Origin: Nemertoderma westbladi
Taxonomy: Eukaryota > Animalia > Xenacoelomorpha
Reading direction: 5' to 3'
Assembly (NCBI GenBank): GCA_032718475.1
Contig: JAUCBJ010001489.1
Location: forward strand, 47,370 to 111,369
Length of the DNA: 64,000 nt
A program made the position numbers and the translations under genes. This document shows positions 56,001 to 64,000 of the stretch, one piece after another. Each line of letters opens with the position of its first letter. Position 1 is the stretch's first letter. The notes under the pieces were generated by a model. It ran no database searches and was not told where the DNA came from. It saw only the letters and a list, made by a program, of their open reading frames with translations.

Positions 56001-59000
56001 TTACAAGTAAACCATCCTGTCCGAGTTCAAACAGTTTGATTGAAATATAAAAACTAATTACAAGTAAACCATCCGTTCCGAGTTCAAACAGTTTGATTGA
56101 AATATAAAAACTAATTACAAGTAAACCATCCTGTCCGAGTTCAAACAGTTTGATTGAAATATAAAAACTAATTACAAGTAAACCATCCGTTCCGAGTTCA
56201 AACAGTTTGATTGAAATATAAAAAATAATTACAAGTAAACCATCCGTTCCGAGTTCAAACAGTTTGATTGAAATATAAAAACTAATTACAAGTAAACCAT
56301 CCTGTCCGAGTTCAAACAGTTTGATTAAAATATAAAACTAATTACAAGTAAACCATCCGTTCCGAGTTCAAACAGTTTGATTGAAATATAAAAACTAATT
56401 ACAAGTAAACCATCCTGTCCGAGTTCAAACAGTTTGATTGAAATTTAAAAAATAATTACAAGTAAACCATCCGTTCAGAGTTCAAACAGTTTGATTGAAA
56501 TATAAAAAATAATTACAAGTAAACCATCCGTTCCGAGTTCAAACAGTTTGATTGAAATATAAAAACTAATTACAAGTAAACCATCCGTTCCGAGTTCAAA
56601 CAGTTTGATTGAAATATAAAAAATAATTACAAGTAAACCATCCGTTCAGAGTTCAAACAGTTTGATTGAAATATAAAAACTAATTACAAGTAAACCATCC
56701 TGTCCGAGTTCAAACAGTTTGATTGAAATATAAAAACTAATTACAAGTAAACCATCCTGTCCGAGTTCAAACAGTTTGATTGAAATATAAAAACTAATTA
56801 CAAGTAAACCATCCTGTCCGAGTTCAAACAGTTTGATTGAAATATAAAAACTAATTACAAGTAAACCATCCGTTCCGAGTTCAAACAGTTTGATTGAAAT
56901 ATAAAAACTAATTACAAGTAAACCATCCTGTCCGAGTTCAAACAGTTTGATTGAAATATAAAAAATTATTACAAGTAAACCATCCGTTCCGAGTTCAAAC
57001 AGTTTGATTGAAATATAAAAACTAATTACAAGTAAACCATCCGTTACGAGTTCAAACAGTTTGATTGAAATATAAAAAATAATTACAAGTAAACCATCCG
57101 TTCCGAGTTCAAACAGTTTGATTGAAATATAAAAACTAATTACAAGTAAACCATCCGTTCCGAGTTCAAACAGTTTGATTGAAATATAAAACTAATTACA
57201 AGTAAACCATCCGTTCCGAGTTCAAACAGTTTGATTGAAATATAAAACTAATTACAAGTAAACCATCCGTTCCGAGTTCAAACAGTTTGATTGAAATATA
57301 AAAAATAATTACAAGTAAACCATCCGTTCCGAGTTCAAACAGTTTGATTGAAATATAAAAACTAATTACAAGTAAACCATCCGTTCCGAGTTCAAACAGT
57401 TTGATTGAAATATAAAACTAATTACAAGTAAACCATCCGTTCCGAGTTCAAACAGTTTGATTGAAATATAAAACTAATTACAAGTAAACCATCCGTTCCG
57501 AGTTCAAACAGTTTGATTGAAATATAAAAAATAATTACAAGTAAACCATCCGTTCCGAGTTCAAACAGTTTGATTGAAATATAAAAACTAATTACAAGTA
57601 AACCATCCGTTCCGAGTTCAAACAGTTTGATTGAAATATAAAACTAATTACAAGTAAACCATCCGTTCCGAGTTCAAACAGTTTGATTGAAATATAAAAC
57701 TAATTACAAGTAAACCATCCGTTCCGAGTTCAAACAGTTTGATTGAAATATAAAAAATAATTACAAGTAAACCATCCGTTCCGAGTTCAAACAGTTTGAT
57801 TGAAATATAAAAACTAATTACAAGTAAACCATCCGTTCCGAGTTCAAACAGTTTGATTGAAATATAAAACTAATTACAAGTAAACCATCCGTTCCGAGTT
57901 CAAACAGTTTGATTGAAATATAAAAACTAATTACAAGTAAACCATCCTGTCCGAGTTCAAACAGTTTGATTGAAATATAAAAACTAATTACAAGTAAACC
58001 ATCCGTTCCGAGTTCAAACAGTTTGATTGAAATATAAAAACTAATTACAAGTAAACCATCCTGTCCGAGTTCAAACAGTTTGATTGAAATATAAAAACTA
58101 ATTACAAGTAAACCATCCGTTCCGAGTTCAAACAGTTTGATTGAAATATAAAAAATAATTACAAGTAAACCATCCGTTCCGAGTTCAAACAGTTTGATTG
58201 AAATATAAAAACTAATTACAAGTAAACCATCCTGTCCGAGTTCAAACAGTTTGATTAAAATATAAAACTAATTACAAGTAAACCATCCGTTCCGAGTTCA
58301 AACAGTTTGATTGAAATTTAAAAAATAATTACAAGTAAACCATCCGTTCAGAGTTCAAACAGTTTGATTGAAATATAAAAAATAATTACAAGTAAACCAT
58401 CCGTTCCGAGTTCAAACAGTTTGATTGAAATATAAAAACTAATTACAAGTAAACCATCCGTTCCGAGTTCAAACAGTTTGATTGAAATATAAAAAATAAT
58501 TACAAGTAAACCATCCGTTCAGAGTTCAAACAGTTTGATTGAAATATAAAAACTAATTACAAGTAAACCATCCGTTCCGAGTTCAAACAGTTTGATTGAA
58601 ATATAAAAAATAATTACAAGTAAACCATCCGTTCCGAGTTCAAACAGTTTGATTGAAATATAAAAAATAATTACAAGTAAACCATCCTGTCCGAGTTCAA
58701 ACAGTTTGATTGAAATATAAAAACTAATTACAAGTAAACCATCCTGTCCGAGTTCAAACAGTTTGATTAAAATATAAAACTAATTACAAGTAAACCATCC
58801 GTTCCGAGTTCAAACAGTTTGATTGAAATTTAAAAAATAATTACAAGTAAACCATCCGTTCAGAGTTCAAACAGTTTGATTGAAATATAAAAAATAATTA
58901 CAAGTAAACCATCCGTTCCGAGTTCAAACAGTTTGATTGAAATATAAAAACTAATTACAAGTAAACCATCCGTTCCGAGTGCAAACAGTTTGATTGAAAT

Positions 59001-61004
59001 ATAAAAAATAATTACAAGTAAACCATCCGTTCAGAGTTCAAACAGTTTGATTGAAATATAAAAACTAATTACAAGTAAACCATCCGTTCCGAGTTCAAAC
59101 AGTTTGATTGAAATATAAAAAATAATTACAAGTAAACCATCCGTTCCGAGTTCAAACAGTTTGATTGAAATATAAAAAATAATTACAAGTAAACCATCCT
59201 GTCCGAGTTCAAACAGTTTGATTGAAATATAAAAACTAATTACAAGTAAACCATCCGTTCCGAGTTCAAACAGTTTGATTGAAATATAAAAACTAATTAC
59301 AAGTAAACCATCCTGTCCGAGTTCAAACAGTTTGATTAAAATATAAAACTAATTACAAGTAAACCATCCGTTCCGAGTTCAAACAGTTTGATTGAAATTT
59401 AAAAAATAATTACAAGTAAACCATCCGTTCAGAGTTCAAACAGTTTGATTGAAATATAAAAAATAATTACAAGTAAACCATCCGTTCCGAGTTCAAACAG
59501 TTTGATTGAAATATAAAAACTAATTACAAGTAAACCATCCGTTCTGAGTTCAAACAGTTTGATTGAAATATAAAAATAATTACAAGTAAACCATCCGTTC
59601 CGAGTTCAAACAGTTTGATTGAAATATAAAAACTAATTAGAAGTAAACCATCCGTTCTGAGTTCAAACAGTTTGATTGAAATTTAAAAAATAATTACAAG
59701 TAAACCATCCGTTCCGAGTTCAAACAGTTTGATTGAAATATAAAAATAATTACAAGTAAACCATCCGTTCCGAGTTCAATCAGTTTGATTGAAATATAAA
59801 AACTAATTACAAGTAAACCATCCGTTCCGAGTTCAAACAGTTTGATTGAAATATAAAAATAATTACAAGTAAACCATCCGTTCCGAGTTCAAACAGTTTG
59901 ATTGAAATATAAAAACTAATTACAAGTAAACCATCCGTTCCGAGTTCAAACAGTTTGATTGAAATATAAAAATAATTACAAGTAAACCATCCGTTCCGAG
60001 TTCAAACAGTTTGATTGAAATATAAAAATAATTACAAGTAAACCATCCGTTCCGAGTTCAATCAGTTTGATTGAAATATAAAAACTAATTACAAGTAAAC
60101 CATCCGTTCCGAGTTCAAACAGTTTGATTGAAATATAAAAATAATTACAAGTAAACCATCCGTTCCGAGTTCAAACAGTTTGATTGAAATATAAAAACTA
60201 ATTAGAAGTAAACCATCCGTTCAGAGTTCAAACAGTTTGATTGAAATATAAAAAATAATTACAAGTAAACCATCCGTTCCGAGTTCAAACAGTTTGATTG
60301 AAATATAAAAAATAATTACAAGTAAACCATCCGTTCCGAGTTCAAACAGTTTGATTGAAATATAAAAAATAATTACAAGTAAACCATCCGTTCAGAGTTC
60401 AAACAGTTTGATTGAAATATAAAAACTAATTACAAGTAAACCATCCTGTCCGAGTTCAAACAGTTTGATTGAAATATAAAAACTAATTACAAGTAAACCA
60501 TCCTGTCCGAGTTCAAACAGTTTGATTGAAATATAAAAACTAATTACAAGTAAACCATCCTGTCCGAGTTCAAACAGTTTGATTGAAATATAAAAACTAA
60601 TTACAAGTAAACCATCCGTTCCGAGTTCAAACAGTTTGATTGAAATATAAAAACTAATTACAAGTAAACCATCCTGTCCGAGTTCAAACAGTTTGATTGA
60701 AATATAAAAAATAATTACAAGTAAACCATCCGTTACGAGTTCAAACAGTTTGATTGAAATATAAAAACTAATTACAAGTAAACCATCCGTTACGAGTTCA
60801 AACAGTTTGATTGAAATATAAAAAATAATTACAAGTAAACCATCCGTTCCGAGTTCAAACAGTTTGATTGAAATATAAAAACTAATTACAAGTAAACCAT
60901 CCTGTCCGAGTTCAAACAGTTTGATTGAAATATAAAAAATAATTACAAGTAAACCATCCGTTACGAGTTCAAACAGTTTGATTGAAATATAAAAACTAAT
61001 TACA
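17040..61004 (+). repeat. 44-kb satellite array, 57-bp monomer AGTTTGATTGAAATATAAAAAATAATTACAAGTAAACCATCCGTTCCGAGTTCAAAC, ~770 copies
   Basis: Continuous head-to-tail repeats in a single orientation. Length variants are 56 bp (shorter A-run) and 64-65 bp (ACAGTTTG duplication). No foreign insertions were seen. Confidence 0.99.
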
Positions 61005-61342
61005 TATCAAAATCATCAAAATACAATATCAAACTCCCCAACAACCGAATCCTACGCCGACATCGCCGTTTTTTACGTCCTATTCATAAAAATCCAGTAT
61101 CTGGAGTCATAAAGCCACAACAAACACCTGACGTGAACCAAGATTCGACCTCAGGTAATGATAACCAACCAATAACAAGAAACGAGGAATTATCCACACA
61201 CACGACCCAATCACCACAGTCACAACCAGCAACACCCACCATAGAAAACAATGTACCAATGACACGCCACTCCACACGATACGTGATACCACCTCGCCGC
61301 CTAATCGCTGAGTCGAAAAATACTTCGAAATCAAAACTTTAG
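61004..61342 (+). mobile_element. Ty3/Gypsy pol C-terminal tail fragment abutting the array
   Basis: The open frame from the junction reads YNIKLPNNRILRRHRRFLRP, then a low-complexity linker, then TRHSTRYVIPPRRL. This matches the (R)NRR(H/F)LR and RRSxRxxxPPxRL motifs found after Gypsy integrase. Confidence 0.7.
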
Positions 61343-61344
61343 TA

Positions 61345-61756
61345 AATTTTCCGAATAAAGTAATTTTGAAATTTGTGCCACGCCCTAATTTTGGTGCTCC
61401 AAAAATGACGTACCACTACACTTACATACTTGTATAGAGCATTAGAGTGATCCAAACCAATAAAAATAAATAAAAATAGCCCAAACATAAATAATTACTA
61501 AATCACGAATGACTTTGTAAAATTCGAAAATTTCAAAAAATTTGGTGCTGGAGGCCAAATTTTGAGGTGGCACCCACATCGAAAAGTAGAAATCCAATTG
61601 CAACGTGGTTTTTTTGCAAAAGATGCGGCATTAAATTTGGCTAATTCTCAATAAAAATTGGGCCGGTACGTAATGTGGTTGCATAGTTACAGCAACTAAA
61701 AACTAGGAAGAGGCCGATTCGCCCCCCCTCCCCCCCCCCCCCCAGTGGTAATAGGG
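61345..61756. mobile_element. One end of a piggyBac-like non-autonomous element related to 10792-12363
   Basis: It ends CCCAGTGGTAATAGGG|TTAA after a poly-C tract. Degenerate aaatttggtgctggaggccaaatttt and gcacccacatcgaaaa motifs resemble the 163-bp unit in reverse orientation. Confidence 0.65.
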
Positions 61757-61760
61757 TTAA

Positions 61761-61990
61761 GCCAAGGAATGCCTGTTCACCACCATCGGTGATCTTACAA
61801 AGTAAATCCTTCTACTCTGTTTCCCAAGTTGCCTTGGTTCCCATTTATCGACCACTGAAGGATGAAAGCCGGGGTTGGGCTAGGCTGCAGCATTTAAAGC
61901 ACTGCGTTCAAACAGTGCTGCCCCATCTAGGGATCGAATCAGGGCTCCCTAATTGGAAGCCCAGGAATGTCACCACTAGACCAAGCTGCA
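61761..61990 (-). mobile_element. tRNA-derived SINE
   Basis: The minus strand has A box TGGTCTAGTGG and B box GATTCGATCC. These are followed by CTTTCATCCTTCAGTGGTCGATAAATGGGAACCA, resembling a conserved SINE central domain (Meta/MESC-like, from memory). Confidence 0.7.
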
Positions 61991-62086
61991 TTATTATATA
62001 TATTACATTGTTTATATTGACATTTATATATTACATTGTGTATTATGTGATGGCCTTATGAGGGACCTACACTTAGTCTAGTATTT

Positions 62087-63175
62087 ACTGTATTGTTACT
62101 AATTTTAATTGTAGATTCGCCTAACCTCAGTTTGTACTGGGGTGATGTGTCAGGGCACGTATGGTTTGTTCCATACGTGTCCCTGTTATTCCACAGCATA
62201 TTCAAAGGAAAGGAGGTGGGTAATATCGACAGATATTGATATTCCACAGGCTGTCAAAGAGAAGGGAGTGCCTCTGCGACAGGAGCCTTTTAAGTAATTA
62301 GTGTTAGTAATTAGTTTATGAATATATTTAAACAGCATTGCTATTTTAGCATTGATATGTAATGTTTCCTAAATCAACTACTGTATGTATAGACAAATGG
62401 AATAAAGGTTCAGTAATACTTTGCGAGTTGAGTTGACTACCACATAATTTTTCATATTTGTAAAAAGTAGGCCTACTTCATGATAATTTACTTATGATAA
62501 AATTTTTTAAGAATGTCCAATTAATGTTTTTATATTAAATGAGGCTGTTAGTAGGACGCCTAATGCTGAATATTTTAATTACCATAATAGAACTTTTGAA
62601 AACGTACATTTATCGAAATTAAATAAGAATATCTGACATAAGTTTTCACACCTACGCCTGCACCAATAGCTACGCCCACACGCTACTGCATACATGTAAG
62701 CGTAAGGTCCCTATTACATGGTATGCAAATTCTAAGCCAAATTATTTACAGTTATATTAGTCGTCTGATAATTTTTTTAAGGCTAAGATGAGTTGGATGC
62801 TTACTTATAGTAGTAATAGTAACAATATTAAATAGTAGAACTTCGTATAATTATATTATTAAACTTCCTTCCAATATAGTGTATTGATCAGAGGATTAGC
62901 AATGAGGAGCTTCGTGCTCATGTTCGAGCGGAGGTCGCTCGCTACGGGGGAGGATGGGATATCTGTGGCTGGTCCAAGTCGTCGACTTCAACGGTGGATG
63001 AAATGGGCCAACAGAGTATTTGAGCCGCCGAAGATACAAATTACGAGTGTGTCTCCAATACAGCAGTTTGGGTTCAGACAGTGGGCAGGTATGCAAATGC
63101 AATTTAAAATGTGAATATCATTCACACTAAATTTATAATTCACTTATTTAGAGTATAGCTTGCAGTAGCCATATT
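62087..63175 (+). pseudogene. Right inverted arm: the same two exons (62115-~62293 with its 3' end deleted; 62880-63088 frameshifted)
   Basis: ttgtAG|ATT CGC CTA... gives IRLTSVCTGVMCQGTYGLFHTCPCYST...QEPF. aatatAG|TGT ATT GAT... gives CIDQRISNEELRAHVRAEVARYGGGWDICGWSKS, then a +1 insertion near 63011. Donor CAG|GTATGC at 63089. Confidence 0.7.
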
Positions 63176-63239
63176 ATTTTTATTTATTTTATTTGTATTT
63201 GTAAAATAATGTATTTGTATAAATTTTTTAACACTATAC

Positions 63240-63550
63240 TTCCGAGATAAGGCAAAATACCATATCTTGAAAATTGTCATTTTGAAAATCAAGATTACAT
63301 ATCTCCTCTCCCTCAACTCTCGTTCTGGAACTAGTCAATGAACAAACCTTTATGTATCACATTCTATTTAAATTCCCGGGCATATAGGGCATATATACAT
63401 ATTATTATTAACAACATATATATTGTCAAACTGGTCGGCTACAATAACTCTTCAAAACTGCAGGATATTTATATAATTAATTTCACCACACTCAAAAAAT
63501 TATATTCTGAAATTAACAAGGTTGGAGACTGTAGCCGCTCTACTTGAGGT
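63240..63550 (+). mobile_element. Possible highly decayed LINE ORF2 3' end
   Basis: Faint resemblance of the translated pieces (FMY; GYNNSSKLQDIYI...INKVG) to L2/CR1-group ORF2 C-termini. Weak. Confidence 0.25.
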
Positions 63551-64000
63551 AGTTTACGGTTAGTTGTTATCGTTACATTAATTAATTTGTATTTACTAAG
63601 TGTCGGGGGGGGGGGGGGGGGGGGGGGGGTTGGAGTGAAAATGAATATGGTGTGTTCGTATTAATGTTTCATTAAATAACGTATTTCATTTAACGAATTT
63701 CATTAATTAATTAACATTATAAATAACAAAACATTTATAAGTATATAATTTATTCTGTCCTAATTTGTATTTGTAAGATAGATTGTCGGCGGGATAGTCT
63801 TACTCAACCGCATGAAAATTATAACAATCATAACTTTGTTCATACTTATAATATTTTTTCTATAGGCCAACTAATATTATTATTTTTAACATTTCAGATG
63901 GTAAGAATAGGTATGGGGGCAATTCCCCCCAGAATACCTGAACCAAGTAACTACCACACAGGTTATAGATGCGCCACTGGTTATGGAGCGGGCGCATCTA

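Noticed and set aside
17040-61004. CRISPR array
   Set aside because: There are no unique spacers, the whole 57-mer repeats, no cas genes are present and the context is eukaryotic.
61906-61916. GTTCAAACAGT shared between the SINE and the satellite monomer
   Set aside because: Only 11 bp with no extension, compatible with chance.
15188-63175. Arms as classical transposon TIRs
   Set aside because: The outer ends fade in AT-rich intron sequence, with no recognisable terminal motif or TSD and no transposase inside. Kept only as one hypothesis in the findings.
63898-63941. Terminal exon for the right-arm gene (atttcAG|AT GGT AAG...TGA, phase-compatible)
   Set aside because: No homologue was seen downstream of the left arm, and the segment overlaps MITE-like sequence. 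Not supportable.

Overview
AT-rich eukaryotic (animal-like) genomic DNA with spliceosomal introns; no prokaryotic genes and no CRISPR array. About 69% of the window (17040-61004) is one uninterrupted head-to-tail 57-bp satellite (~770 monomers) with nested higher-order duplications and a left-to-right gradient of variants. The array is bracketed by two inverted ~1.1-kb arms (15188-17003, 62087-63175). Each arm holds the same two phase-compatible exons of an unidentified Cys-rich gene, disabled by different lesions. Two more exons at the window's left edge (1396-1215, 511-232, minus strand) are phase-compatible with the arm exons and give a plausible ~300-aa composite protein. The flanks are otherwise transposon debris: two 5'-truncated RTE-type LINEs with TSDs and (TAG)n tails, an RTEX-like LINE piece, BEL/Pao and Gypsy pol fragments, a complete non-autonomous piggyBac-like element, Harbinger-like ends, a tRNA-derived SINE and local tandem/inverted duplications. 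Family assignments come from recognising motifs by eye, not from database searches. Identities and offsets were counted by hand.
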